Positions 19,178 to 29,575 of a stretch of DNA of 64,000 bases are shown piece after piece. The notes below the pieces were generated by a model, which had not been told where the DNA came from, made no database searches, and saw only the letters and a list, made by a program, of their open reading frames with translations. The stretch is from Escherichia phage JLBYU24: sequence record OK272476.1; one strand, 5' to 3'. The stretch's first letter is position 1, and each line of letters opens with the position of its first letter. Position numbers and translations under genes: made by a program.

Positions 19178-19471
19178 TTATTCGCCTGTGATTTCGGTTA
19201 CGATATTTTTGTTATTAAAGTTTTTATCGCAATACAGAACATAATTATACTGCATTACACCACCAGACTTAAGCTGTTTTTGTACTTCAGCTTTCATTTC
19301 AGGACGATCGCGCTCAACGATATTCATAATATCCGCTTCAATTTGAGTTTCAACTTCAGTCTGATCTGCAGTCATAGACCATTCACACAAATCTTTATCA
19401 TATCCTGCCATAGCAGGCTGAGCAGCACAAGAAGCCAAAGTAAAAATTGTAGCAAAAATAAATTTTTTCAT
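19178..19471 (-). CDS. sp: Spackle-like periplasmic protein
   Basis: 97 aa with N-terminal signal peptide; position between 61.x ORFs and dmd. Confidence 0.7.
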   Translation of the reverse strand: MKKFIFATIFTLASCAAQPAMAGYDKDLCEWSMTADQTEVETQIEADIMNIVERDRPEMKAEVQKQLKSGGVMQYNYVLYCDKNFNNKNIVTEITGE

Positions 19472-19531
19472 GATAATCTCCTCAGTAGTTTATGTTTATA
19501 TAGTATCTCAATTTCCAACAAAAGTAAATAG

Positions 19532-19843
19532 TTATTTTAAAACTTCTGCATAATCACATGTTACAAACTGTTTCTCTAGCTTGACGATTTTACGAAAGTA
19601 TCTTTTGCATTGGCGAATCTGCCTCTTCGTAGGGCGAACAGCAAACTTAATAAATTCCACTCGACCAAATGGAGGACTTTCTTCTGCTGGAATATCTAAC
19701 ACCAATTCCCACGTATCTGCAATAAGTGCTTTGAATTGCGTATTTTTCCTGACGTTATACGGAGTAGGTTTAAATAAAACAATATGCATATTATCCTCGG
19801 CAATCCACTTCACATACTTTCTTGTCATCAATGAAAGCTTCAA
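19532..19843 (-). CDS. hypothetical protein
   Basis: 103-aa ORF. Confidence 0.4.
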   Translation of the reverse strand: MKLSLMTRKYVKWIAEDNMHIVLFKPTPYNVRKNTQFKALIADTWELVLDIPAEESPPFGRVEFIKFAVRPTKRQIRQCKRYFRKIVKLEKQFVTCDYAEVLK

Positions 19844-19973
19844 CTAATGCTTTATTAACTTCAGCATATTGAGTAGTAGCCCATTGAACGTCATCTTTCA
19901 TCATTGTGATTTCTTTAGTAAACATGCTTTCATTCTTAAACCACCCCATAAAAACTACCTTTACCAATTCCAT
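19791..19973 (-). CDS. dmd: Dmd (discriminator of mRNA degradation)
   Basis: 60 aa from MELVKVVFMGW with GAGGAG RBS; matches remembered T4 Dmd. Confidence 0.8.
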   Translation of the reverse strand: MELVKVVFMGWFKNESMFTKEITMMKDDVQWATTQYAEVNKALVEAFIDDKKVCEVDCRG

Positions 19974-20002
19974 AACAATCTCCTCATTTAACCACAAGAC
20001 TA

Positions 20003-20032
20003 CTATACCATAGTCTTGTCAGCTTGTAAACT
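20003..20032 (-). promoter_or_regulatory. T4-type early promoter
   Basis: minus strand GTTTAC-N18-TATAGT upstream of dmd. Confidence 0.5.
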
Positions 20033-21458
20033 AAAATTTTAATTCATTTGCCAAAGCATCTAACTGAGCTCGAGCTGATTCGTTTCTTTGATAGCGATTC
20101 TGTTCAGCCTGAATCTGTTGTGAACCTGCTACTTCACTCACTTCAGTTGGAGTAGAATCTTGTTCAATTTCTACCCATTTCTGATTTCCCTTTTGAACAC
20201 CCATCAAAAACTTATTCCACTTATTCTTATCGCCATATCGTGATTTGATTTGCTTAATGAGTTGTTGTTCAGCAGCTGCTAGCTCCTCGGTTTCAATGAC
20301 CGCAAGCATAAAATCAGCTGTTGCTGGAAGACCAGCAGATTCTGCAATATCGCTCATGTTAACATCAGAAGAGTCCCAAGCTTGTTTACCGACCTGTGCT
20401 GCAGTCCAAAGAACAGTTTCGGTTTCAACAGCAAGAGCACGCAATTCCTCTGCAATAGCTTTAACAGTTGTGTAACTATTTTCTGAATAAACTCGGATGC
20501 GACAAGATTTACAAATACCTAGATAGTCGACAATAATGATTGTTGGAACAAAATTCTTTTTGAGCTTCAATTCATTCAAGAGAGACCTGAATGTATTAGC
20601 GTCTGCTCCACCAGTAGGATACTGTTTAACGATTAAACGACCGAGGGTAGATTTCTCACGCCATTTTTCCATTTTTCCTTTATACTCGGCGTAAGAAATA
20701 TGTCCATCATCAATATCGTCAAGAGAAACATCGAGCATATTAGCATCAATACGTTTAGCACAGACTTCTTCGGCCATTTCCATGGAGATATAAAGAACGT
20801 TATGACCAAGCTGTAAATAATCCGCTGCTAATGAACACAATCCTAATGACTTACCAACGTTAACGCCAGCCATTAAAACGTTCAGTGTTCCTGTTTCAGC
20901 TCCGCCTTTTGTAATTTTATTCAAAATACGAAGTTTAAATGGAACTTTACGAGCTTTATTCATATAAGATAGCCAGCGTGCTTCGTAGTCATCCATCCAA
21001 TCATGACCAACGTAGCTATCAAATGAAATTGATAATGCTTGGCGCATGATGTCAGGAATAGCACCAACATCCGGCATTTTCTTATTTCGTTTTTCCGGAG
21101 GAAGCTCAGCATTAGTTTGAATTTCGATTATTTTAGACGTAGCATTAAACATCGCCCTTTGCTGAACATATTTTTCTGTTTCTTTTACTAACCAGCTGTG
21201 GTCTTCCGGAGAATCAGCCAGTTTTGAAATAAGTGTTTTTACACCAGAATATTCTGTTTCAGTAAATGAACTATTTTCTAATGCAACATTTAACGCATTA
21301 ATAGATGGAACGCTATGGTACTCATTAACATGAGATTTAATTAATTTGAATGTATTTTTAGCTGGACCACTTTCAAAATATTCTGAATCCATATATGGCC
21401 AAACTTTTGAAAAATAAGCTTGATCAAATATAAGATGAGAAAGAATAATTTCTACCAC
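20031..21458 (-). CDS. 41: replicative DnaB-like helicase gp41
   Basis: 475 aa; Walker A GVNVGKS; length matches T4 gp41. Confidence 0.93.
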   Translation of the reverse strand: MVEIILSHLIFDQAYFSKVWPYMDSEYFESGPAKNTFKLIKSHVNEYHSVPSINALNVALENSSFTETEYSGVKTLISKLADSPEDHSWLVKETEKYVQQRAMFNATSKIIEIQTNAELPPEKRNKKMPDVGAIPDIMRQALSISFDSYVGHDWMDDYEARWLSYMNKARKVPFKLRILNKITKGGAETGTLNVLMAGVNVGKSLGLCSLAADYLQLGHNVLYISMEMAEEVCAKRIDANMLDVSLDDIDDGHISYAEYKGKMEKWREKSTLGRLIVKQYPTGGADANTFRSLLNELKLKKNFVPTIIIVDYLGICKSCRIRVYSENSYTTVKAIAEELRALAVETETVLWTAAQVGKQAWDSSDVNMSDIAESAGLPATADFMLAVIETEELAAAEQQLIKQIKSRYGDKNKWNKFLMGVQKGNQKWVEIEQDSTPTEVSEVAGSQQIQAEQNRYQRNESARAQLDALANELKF

Positions 21459-21467
21459 ACTTACTCC

Positions 21468-21830
21468 TTAAAAGAATTTAAACTTTTTCTTTGACCTTTT
21501 ATTAAATGCATCTTGTAGTTGCATTGTAATACATTTTTCTACATGAGGAGCTAACTCAGCTTTTCTTTCTTGGTCAAGAACAGCAAAGTCCATTACGACT
21601 TTTCCATCAACCCAATCTAATTTTGTCACATACACAATGTGTGTAGAACCATCTTCTAGTTTAATGACAATCTCCTGGATAACATTTTCCATAGCAGATT
21701 TAATTATCTTAAGAGACTCATTAAAAAGACGTTCTTTTCTTTCTTCTTCCCCCTCCGAAGAGGGGGATTCATCGATAATTTCTAGATCTAAATCTAAATC
21801 ATCTTTATTCATTAAATTCTTCCATATCAC
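21468..21830 (-). CDS. hypothetical protein (gp40 position)
   Basis: 120-aa acidic ORF between gp41 and uvsX. Confidence 0.5.
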   Translation of the reverse strand: MIWKNLMNKDDLDLDLEIIDESPSSEGEEERKERLFNESLKIIKSAMENVIQEIVIKLEDGSTHIVYVTKLDWVDGKVVMDFAVLDQERKAELAPHVEKCITMQLQDAFNKRSKKKFKFF

Positions 21831-22986
21831 TTAGCTGATCTAGGTCAGTTTCTAAATCAGCAGCTGATTTACTTTTACTTTCTGGAGATTTAAATTTTTC
21901 AACCTTTGAGTTAATCAATTCATCAACTTCAGCTTCAACAATTTCATTACTATCAATAGCACCTAACTGATAAGCACGTTTAATAGCATCTCGGAATGGT
22001 TGATGCTTAAATAAAGGACCCCAGAATGTAGTGCAGTTGGTATCTTTTGCACGCCAAGATTTTTCTTCGCGAATCATCTCGCCGGTTTCTTCGTCAAGAA
22101 ATTCACGAGCATACCAACCATTCTTAGGTTTTACTACAAATCCTAATTCTAGAGCCATATCTAACAATCCAGAATAAGGATCGATACCACCGTCAAATTT
22201 AACATCAATAAAGAATTTACTTTTTTCTTTAACGGTACGAGATTTTTCTACATTTAGAACAAATTGATACCCTTGAAGATCAGAACCATCTTTAATCTGA
22301 CGTTTACCGATAATGAATACAGTATCAGCCGAATACATTACGCCTGTACCACCTGTCATCACGGTTTTACTAAACATTTCAATTGTTTCAATTGTATGGT
22401 TAACCGCAACACATGGAATATTTTTAATGCTAAAATAAGGAGTAACAATACGGAATAATGACTTCAGTGATTTAGCACGAGTCATATCTGCCACAGATTT
22501 TTCATTCAAGGCATCTTCCGTTTCTTTCTTAGAAGCCATATTACCGATTGAGTCGATGAATACAATAACCTTTTCACCACGCTCAATAGCTTCAAGCTGG
22601 TTCACCATATCAATTTTCAGCTGTTCAACTGACTGAATCGGCGTATGAATTACTCGTTCCGGGTCAACTCCCATGGATCGCAAATAAGCTGGAGTAATAC
22701 CAAATTCGCTATCATAGAATAGACAAACTGCGTCAGGATATTTGTTTAAATATGCCGCAACCATAGTCAAAGACATATTTGATTTAAAGTGTTTAGAAGG
22801 CCCTGCGAAAATAGTTAAACCAGACTGCATACCGCCATCAATCGCACCAGAAATAGCAATATTCAGCATTGGAATTTTTGTACGGATTACATCCTTTTCA
22901 TTAAAGAATTTAGATGTAGTCAGTTCAGCAGTCATTTTAGAAGTGGAAGCTTTAATCAAACGGGATTTTAAATCTGCAATAGACAT
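21805..22986 (-). CDS. uvsX: UvsX RecA-like recombinase
   Basis: 393 aa; near-identical to remembered T4 UvsX, with substitutions. Confidence 0.95.
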   Translation of the reverse strand: MSIADLKSRLIKASTSKMTAELTTSKFFNEKDVIRTKIPMLNIAISGAIDGGMQSGLTIFAGPSKHFKSNMSLTMVAAYLNKYPDAVCLFYDSEFGITPAYLRSMGVDPERVIHTPIQSVEQLKIDMVNQLEAIERGEKVIVFIDSIGNMASKKETEDALNEKSVADMTRAKSLKSLFRIVTPYFSIKNIPCVAVNHTIETIEMFSKTVMTGGTGVMYSADTVFIIGKRQIKDGSDLQGYQFVLNVEKSRTVKEKSKFFIDVKFDGGIDPYSGLLDMALELGFVVKPKNGWYAREFLDEETGEMIREEKSWRAKDTNCTTFWGPLFKHQPFRDAIKRAYQLGAIDSNEIVEAEVDELINSKVEKFKSPESKSKSAADLETDLDQLSDMEEFNE

Positions 22987-23063
22987 TCATTTTTTCCATA
23001 GGCATCATTATATTTTCCTCACTGGTTAAAGATAGAGTAATTATAACACAATAAATTTAGGCA

Positions 23064-23912
23064 TTAATCAACTGCTATTGGATGAATAGCATTAAACTTA
23101 TGAAATGCTTCTGATTTTTCTTTACGCGAAACACACATGCGAAGAACCTTTAGTGGTTCATCTTCTTCACCCAACGATTTTCGTTTTTCAATATTCGATG
23201 TTTTCCAACGAGCTTGCTCTGGAAACTCTCTATTGATTTGCTCAAGCGCTCTATTATGTTTAGAATTACTACGAATTGAACTACACCCGCCAGGAGCTTG
23301 TGCTTTTCCAGATACAACTAGATATTTGAACAAGGCCAAATGCGGATAACCTTGATTAATTAAATTGAGAAATGCATACATATCTTCGCATAAATCAATT
23401 TTTCCATACCCAATTTGTTCTGTCGTAAGTTTTCCAAGGTCATACCATGTATTCGTGAATCCATATGAGTTTTCACGATAATTACCCCAAGATGAAGTAA
23501 TTTTAAAAATTGGTAGACGAGCATGACCGTGATAATACCCGCAATCCATAGCATCTTCAACGTATTGAATCAATTCGTAGAATTGTTCACGGGTTAATTG
23601 ATTGACTTTATCTACACAGCGACGATCATCTCTTTTTCGCATTGAACTCATACGAATAGTAGTATCATCGTCAATCATCCAGATTCGTTGACCTGCATAC
23701 ATATCAGTAATTGCTTTACGAGTACCGGCAATTCCATTAACATCATCAGGAATAGTTACAATTTTAGCTCTAGACCCATAGGCATCATAATAAGCTTTTT
23801 CTTCATGTTCACGCACTACAATATGGGGTTCATAATCAGTCGGAAACATATCAAGGGCAGAAACTGCCCCTACGCGTTGATAGCTTGGAATTACGAATTG
23901 AATCATTTCCAC
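23064..23912 (-). CDS. putative glycosyltransferase at the beta-gt locus (consistent with T2/T6 beta-alpha-glucosyltransferase)
   Basis: 282 aa; IWMIDDDTTIR DxD-like motif; shorter than T4 beta-gt (351 aa). Confidence 0.5.
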   Translation of the reverse strand: MEMIQFVIPSYQRVGAVSALDMFPTDYEPHIVVREHEEKAYYDAYGSRAKIVTIPDDVNGIAGTRKAITDMYAGQRIWMIDDDTTIRMSSMRKRDDRRCVDKVNQLTREQFYELIQYVEDAMDCGYYHGHARLPIFKITSSWGNYRENSYGFTNTWYDLGKLTTEQIGYGKIDLCEDMYAFLNLINQGYPHLALFKYLVVSGKAQAPGGCSSIRSNSKHNRALEQINREFPEQARWKTSNIEKRKSLGEEDEPLKVLRMCVSRKEKSEAFHKFNAIHPIAVD

Positions 23913-24643
23913 TCACCGTTATAATCTTTTTTCATAATATGAGTTTCGCCAGTATTCCACCAATGATCAACCAAGTAAAAATGACGAGAATATACATGAA
24001 GACTTCCAACATTCCATATAATAGAACCTGCTTTATACTGACGAGTTGAATCGCCTGCATTCAAATCAGATACTAATTTATCTAATACGTATTTTTGCCA
24101 TGCATAATCATTACGGAATCCGAAGACCACGTCATTTGAGCGCATGCTTACTACTGCATTGACTTTCTTATCACGAATCAGGTACTGTACTGTATTCGTA
24201 CACATGAAATCTGACATACCATCTTTATTGTAGTCAAATTGCATGGATGGACGAGTATAAATCATGATACCACGTCGAGAATCAGGATTTTGACCAAGTT
24301 CAGCTAAACACATGTCATATTGAGCATAGTTATCTTCTGACCAGATAGCCCAACCATAATTCGAGTTAATTTCACCTTTAGAAGATGCTACCTGCTGCCA
24401 AATCTTTGGTGTTTCACCTGGAATATCTTTAACAAACAGACTTTGAGACTTGTACCATTCAAGTTCACGCTGAATGTATTCATCATTAAGAGCGCCAAAA
24501 ATAAACGGTTCATCTGCTACAAATGATGCGCCAATAATTTCAATAGTTTTAACACCAGTTTTATCAATTACGAAATCTTTTTCCTTTAATGCAATTCCCA
24601 AATGAAGACGGATTTCTTCAACTGTCAAAGAGTCATTAATCAT
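23903..24643 (-). CDS. 42: dCMP hydroxymethylase gp42
   Basis: 246 aa; near-identical to remembered T4 gp42. Confidence 0.95.
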   Translation of the reverse strand: MINDSLTVEEIRLHLGIALKEKDFVIDKTGVKTIEIIGASFVADEPFIFGALNDEYIQRELEWYKSQSLFVKDIPGETPKIWQQVASSKGEINSNYGWAIWSEDNYAQYDMCLAELGQNPDSRRGIMIYTRPSMQFDYNKDGMSDFMCTNTVQYLIRDKKVNAVVSMRSNDVVFGFRNDYAWQKYVLDKLVSDLNAGDSTRQYKAGSIIWNVGSLHVYSRHFYLVDHWWNTGETHIMKKDYNGEWK

Positions 24644-24796
24644 TTAAACCTCAATTGATACATTCATATTTAACTTGTAACAGTAATAAACCCCAACCTA
24701 AAATAATAGTTGGAATCATAAGAGGAACCGTTACACTATAGTATATACTTATTATAATCATCAAGATTAAAAGCAATGCTGTTATAATTTTGCTTT

Positions 24797-25048
24797 TCAT
24801 TCCTTCTCTCTGATGATAATTACCTGATTTGGCTGCGCAGACTTTTTAGTTTCACCTGCAATTGACCAAATAAATGTAATAAACCAACCAATAATTGACC
24901 AGTTAAACAGTAAAGATGTGAAAAAGATTCCTACTGTCGATTTTGACCCACGCATCAAGGCGATAAACCATGGAAGCATGTATATAATAATAGCCAACAC
25001 GCCTGAAACTAAAACCATAAAAATTGAACCTGCTACTAAAGTTTCCAT
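24797..25048 (-). CDS. imm: Imm superinfection immunity membrane protein
   Basis: 83 aa, two hydrophobic segments; position downstream of gp43. Confidence 0.75.
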   Translation of the reverse strand: METLVAGSIFMVLVSGVLAIIIYMLPWFIALMRGSKSTVGIFFTSLLFNWSIIGWFITFIWSIAGETKKSAQPNQVIIIREKE

Positions 25049-25055
25049 GTTTTCC

Positions 25056-25436
25056 TCACTTAGTCAAATTTTTTACACATGAATTATAAGAATTCACTAC
25101 ATACTCCATCGGAGCATTTTTACCTGTACGCCATTGGTAATTATTAGCCCAATTTGCCCAAAGTTCTGCGCAGTAGTTTTCAATTTTTTCTTCGCGTGTA
25201 ATTACATCCGAATTACGATATGCTTGGGCAGATTCATCTGGACGAATAGCCTCGTCAAAATTCGCCTGCATTTGTTCTACTGTCTGTTTTGGAGCTTCTT
25301 TATAACACTTGACATTAGGATTATAAAATTTGCTTGAACAGTTTACAATTTTTCCTACATCAGACTGATTTACTACCGGTCCTTGAGCTACACAACCAGT
25401 AAGACCTAATGCAATAACCAAAATAGCGATTTTCAT
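25056..25436 (-). CDS. putative lipoprotein
   Basis: 126 aa; signal peptide with LTGC lipobox. Confidence 0.5.
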   Translation of the reverse strand: MKIAILVIALGLTGCVAQGPVVNQSDVGKIVNCSSKFYNPNVKCYKEAPKQTVEQMQANFDEAIRPDESAQAYRNSDVITREEKIENYCAELWANWANNYQWRTGKNAPMEYVVNSYNSCVKNLTK

Positions 25437-25446
25437 AATAATTTCC

Positions 25447-25695
25447 TCAAATGCAAGTAGTAATTACTCCAGTAGTGCTTATGCAGGTATTACCCATTTG
25501 CACACCTAAAGATCCATTTGTATTCACATGAAGATTATCATCAATTTTAACTGATATTTTACCATTAGTGTGAATAACGGTGCTAGATTCAATCACAGGT
25601 TGAGTATCATTTTCAACACTAACAAATGGAACTGCTGCTAATGCAACTAAACAAACTGCTAAGCATCCCATAACAATTTTCATTTTATTCTCCAA
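25447..25695 (-). CDS. putative secreted protein
   Basis: 82 aa with N-terminal signal peptide. Confidence 0.45.
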   Translation of the reverse strand: MENKMKIVMGCLAVCLVALAAVPFVSVENDTQPVIESSTVIHTNGKISVKIDDNLHVNTNGSLGVQMGNTCISTTGVITTCI

Positions 25696-25717
25696 ATCCG
25701 TATTAGTTGATAGTTGT

Positions 25718-25747
25718 ATAGTACCATGGAAGAACAGTCTTGTAAAC
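25718..25747 (-). promoter_or_regulatory. T4-type early promoter in conserved cassette
   Basis: gatagttgtatagtacca...cttgtaaaca cassette also at 50645-50689 and 52350-52389. Confidence 0.5.
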
Positions 25748-25836
25748 AGTTTTGTGAAAATTTTTTTTAGGGAATTCTAAAGGTCCAGAATCATCTGTTT
25801 TTCATAAGTATAGATTTATATTACTTGTATGAAAAA

Positions 25837-25852
25837 GGGACCCGGAGGTCCC
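25837..25852 (-). terminator. hairpin 3' of gene 43
   Basis: gggacc-cgga-ggtccc followed by U-run on minus RNA. Confidence 0.55.
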
Positions 25853-25865
25853 TAGATTTATTCTA

Positions 25866-28562
25866 TCAGCCAAACAGGAAGTCTAACGAAGCTTTTTCTT
25901 CATAGTCCATGCCAGCCGATTCACACATACCCGCAAGCGGTTTAACAAACGATTTTTGGAACAAAGTTGAGTAGTCAATCCAAGACAGTACGTCAGAACG
26001 AATTTCTTTTGGAAGTTCTGTACCCGACGGCCAAGCAATGCATTTGTCACCAAATGGATTTCCTTCACGCAATGGAAGAACCATTACTTTATTTCCATCC
26101 AAAATTGGAGCTACACCTAAACCGCTAACAGCTCGACGATAAGTTAGCACACCACGAATATGGAACGGACATTTAAATCCTGGCCAACCTTTATCATCAT
26201 ATTTCGCTATATCGTTCGCAGTTTTTACTTCAGCAATAACTTTATAGTCAAGTTGACGATATTCTTTCTCGAAGTTCTTGTAATATTCTTGGACAGACTC
26301 TTCACCTTCCTGAAGAATACGACGGATACTTTCTTCAAGAGCTTCTTGGACCGCTTTAGGCGTTGAACTTTGCTGAGTTTCCATACCCATGATTTTTAGA
26401 TGCGGTTCAGCAAATCGCTTATCTTCCATATCATAAACGTTCAGAGCATAACGCTTTTTCGCTTTCCAAAATCCACCAACGCCCTTTGAACCAAGTGGAG
26501 GGCAAGAAATAGCTTCACGGTCCATATGCATCAGATGCTCGCGGTTATTCATATAATCACATAACTCACGATATGCAACATCAATCATAGGTTCCATCTT
26601 TTTCTTACCAAACTGATTCATGAATTCAACTAAATCATTTTGTTCTTTAAAGCGATCAAGACCTACTTTTTCAATAACTTTATCTACACAGACATATACT
26701 GAATCAGTATCACCTGCTGCGATGAAATCTTCACCATTAGTTCCACATACTTTATTCAGGTATTCATTAATTTTACGAGCAATCCACTGAATACCGACTT
26801 GACCAAAAATTGTGATAGCAGTAGCATTTCGCAAATCATAGTAACGGAAATGAATATTACCAAGAGCACCATAAAGACTGTTGATAAGAATTTTACGGTT
26901 TAGCTGATTTGTGTTAGCAAGTGTAGCTGCTTTTTCACATTCTTCGATCAGACTATTAAGAACAGATTCGGTGTAATTCGATAATTCGTTTAAGAAATCA
27001 TCATTGAACTTAACATATCGTTCAACTTCTGGTTTAGTTGAGCAAGACCCTGCGCCTTTCATAATAATCTTTTTAATAGCTTCGGCATTCATTTCTTCAG
27101 CGAACATTTTCTTTTTCCAATCTTTACGTTGGAAAAATACTTTAGCGATTTCCTTTGGAATGATACCTTCTTGATGCTTATCATACATCCATCCATTCGG
27201 AGAACAAGAATATTCATCGCTCGGTTTAGGAGCTGTTCCTGCGATATATTCATGAATTGGATGAACTTTAAACTGACCACGAATAGTCTCAGGACTAATG
27301 TTAACCTGACGAATAATGCTCGGATACAGAGACGTCAAGTCAAAACTCATAATATATCGACGAGCAATTGGTTTAGGTTCAAACACAAATGCACCCGGAA
27401 AACTCTGTTTAACGTGCGAACCTTGTTGAGGAATAACCTTATGTTCACCTTTCAATGAGTTAAAAATAATAGCATCCCAGGTTTTAATAGGACTCATTAC
27501 ACCAGAAAAAGGCATTTTAGCGTAATAAGACATACTTAAAACTAGATCGATAAACCCGCGAATTTTATCAATTGCTTGAACTGATTCTACGTCAATGATG
27601 TTATAACTAATGTATCGTTGATGATTAGTCTCGCGAAGTTTATTAATAGGACCATCGTACGGTAATTTACCTTTTTTGGTTTCATGTTGAGCAACTGATT
27701 CCAAAGAGAATGATGGCAAATTAGTAAATGCGAATTTTTTGTACAAATCTAAATAATCAAGAATAGATACGCCATCAATAGAATAAATTTCTTTGCTACC
27801 GTACATATTTTGAATTAGTTTAGATTTTACTCGACCGATTGGAGAGAAGCGTTTCATACTACGTTCACCGAGAACCATTTTAACACGATTCATGATATAC
27901 GGAACGTCAAATCCCTCAATATTCCAACCGGTAAAAATAGCAGGTCGTTTCTGTTCCCAGAGATTAATATATTCCATGAGCATATCACGCTCATTATCGA
28001 ATGGCATATAAATTACTCGGTCAAGAATTTCTTGAGGAACTTCATCACCACCTTCACAGTCAAGCTTAGCAGCTAACTTTGCATCCCATTTTGATACTGA
28101 ACCGTACATTGAATTCAACAAATCAAAGACGTAAAAACGGTCGTCAATTGAATCATAATGAGTGATAGCATCAATTTCATATTCTGCTTTCATTGGGTCA
28201 GGAAATTTATCACCAGTAACCTCAATGTCACAGTTAGCTACACGAACAAATTTTCGGTCATAAACAATTTCTGAACCATATGTATCACTGATATAAGCGA
28301 GTTTAAAATCGTTCATACCGAGAGCTTCGAGACCGATGTCTTCCATTCGCTTCATCCAGTCTCGTGCATCTTTCATTGATGGAAATTTTTGAGGAGCGCA
28401 GTTTTTACCATAAATGTCTTTGTATTTTGACTCTTCCTTACAATGCCTAAACATAGTCGGAAGATATTCTACTTCACGAGTACGTTCCTTTCCGTTTTCA
28501 TCAATATAGCGCTCAACAATGTTATTTCCGACTGTTTCGATAGAGATATAAAATTCTTTCAT
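25866..28562 (-). CDS. 43: DNA polymerase gp43 (family B)
   Basis: 898 aa; exo and pol motifs (YGDTDS); length matches T4 gp43. Confidence 0.97.
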   Translation of the reverse strand: MKEFYISIETVGNNIVERYIDENGKERTREVEYLPTMFRHCKEESKYKDIYGKNCAPQKFPSMKDARDWMKRMEDIGLEALGMNDFKLAYISDTYGSEIVYDRKFVRVANCDIEVTGDKFPDPMKAEYEIDAITHYDSIDDRFYVFDLLNSMYGSVSKWDAKLAAKLDCEGGDEVPQEILDRVIYMPFDNERDMLMEYINLWEQKRPAIFTGWNIEGFDVPYIMNRVKMVLGERSMKRFSPIGRVKSKLIQNMYGSKEIYSIDGVSILDYLDLYKKFAFTNLPSFSLESVAQHETKKGKLPYDGPINKLRETNHQRYISYNIIDVESVQAIDKIRGFIDLVLSMSYYAKMPFSGVMSPIKTWDAIIFNSLKGEHKVIPQQGSHVKQSFPGAFVFEPKPIARRYIMSFDLTSLYPSIIRQVNISPETIRGQFKVHPIHEYIAGTAPKPSDEYSCSPNGWMYDKHQEGIIPKEIAKVFFQRKDWKKKMFAEEMNAEAIKKIIMKGAGSCSTKPEVERYVKFNDDFLNELSNYTESVLNSLIEECEKAATLANTNQLNRKILINSLYGALGNIHFRYYDLRNATAITIFGQVGIQWIARKINEYLNKVCGTNGEDFIAAGDTDSVYVCVDKVIEKVGLDRFKEQNDLVEFMNQFGKKKMEPMIDVAYRELCDYMNNREHLMHMDREAISCPPLGSKGVGGFWKAKKRYALNVYDMEDKRFAEPHLKIMGMETQQSSTPKAVQEALEESIRRILQEGEESVQEYYKNFEKEYRQLDYKVIAEVKTANDIAKYDDKGWPGFKCPFHIRGVLTYRRAVSGLGVAPILDGNKVMVLPLREGNPFGDKCIAWPSGTELPKEIRSDVLSWIDYSTLFQKSFVKPLAGMCESAGMDYEEKASLDFLFG

Positions 28563-28620
28563 AGATATTCCTTAGTTTATAGCCCGAGTTATTAGGCTCT
28601 TGATATATTATACTCCAAAT

Positions 28621-28638
28621 AAGGGGCCGAAGCCCCTT
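28621..28638 (-). terminator. UUCG-loop hairpin between regA and gene 43
   Basis: aaggggc-cgaa-gcccctt. Confidence 0.5.
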
Positions 28639-28640
28639 GC

Positions 28641-29009
28641 TTAATTACCAATCGTATATTTAGGAACGAGTTTCCATTCGTGTTTTTGTTTAAAAGAAAT
28701 AACTCGGAAGTTATTGGTTAAATCTTTCATAAAAGTTCTTTGACCAGGAACGATTTCAATCAGCCCCCAATCTTCTAACAGCCACGCAATCGAATCACGA
28801 CGAACTTCATCTTCTTCTGTCATTTCAACCTGACGGCCATCCATACGAAGCATTTCTTTAAAATGAACGATATAGTATAGTCCTTTTTTCTGAAGAATGT
28901 GGCAGGACTGATACAGAACTTTATCTTTATTATTAGCAATTCCCATACGAGTCAAAGTTTCTTTTACTTTCAGAAAATCTTCAGGTTTTTTAAGAGTAAT
29001 TTCAATCAT
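28641..29009 (-). CDS. regA: RegA translational repressor
   Basis: 122 aa; size and position between gene 62 and gene 43. Confidence 0.88.
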   Translation of the reverse strand: MIEITLKKPEDFLKVKETLTRMGIANNKDKVLYQSCHILQKKGLYYIVHFKEMLRMDGRQVEMTEEDEVRRDSIAWLLEDWGLIEIVPGQRTFMKDLTNNFRVISFKQKHEWKLVPKYTIGN

Positions 29010-29010
29010 T

Positions 29011-29574
29011 TTACCATTCCAATGCTAGTTTTTTGAGTTGTTTCTGTTCTTTTACATTCTTAGTCACTTCTTTTAAAAAATCATCCGTGACTAAACCTTT
29101 TAGTTCTTTTAATACTAAAGGAAGTTTTCCATTTTTAGTAAGAATTGATTTATAGTTAATTGCATCATTTGTATTAACTTGATACCGCTTAGCAAGTAAC
29201 TTAATAATCAATACTTCAGTAGAATCTTCGACCAGTTTTGCCCATTTACCATATCTTTTACCCCGAGGAACAGCAGCCATCAGGTAATTAAAATGGGCTT
29301 CATCGCTTAAACCTGATCCAATTAAATTCATAGCATATACAGCTGGCATGCATTCAGGAAATTGTGATAATGCATTCTCAACCATGTATTTTGAATAATC
29401 TTTTTGAGCAATAGAGCATTTAGTTTTATTATTAATAGCTCCAATTATTTCAAAAAACTCATTTTCAGCTTTTTCTTTAAAAGAATCAGCAGCAGATTGG
29501 ACAGCTGTCCAATCTTTTGAATACCAAGCAACTTGATGCTCGTTTAATTGAATATCATCTTCAAATAAGCTCAT
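29011..29574 (-). CDS. 62: clamp loader small subunit gp62
   Basis: 187 aa; position. Confidence 0.88.
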   Translation of the reverse strand: MSLFEDDIQLNEHQVAWYSKDWTAVQSAADSFKEKAENEFFEIIGAINNKTKCSIAQKDYSKYMVENALSQFPECMPAVYAMNLIGSGLSDEAHFNYLMAAVPRGKRYGKWAKLVEDSTEVLIIKLLAKRYQVNTNDAINYKSILTKNGKLPLVLKELKGLVTDDFLKEVTKNVKEQKQLKKLALEW

Positions 29575-29575
29575 A

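Noticed and set aside
26160-27458. Plus-strand ORFs 26160-26366 and 27129-27458, and minus-strand 25883-26068 and 27089-27280
   Set aside because: They lie entirely within the DNA polymerase coding region, antisense or in an alternative frame.
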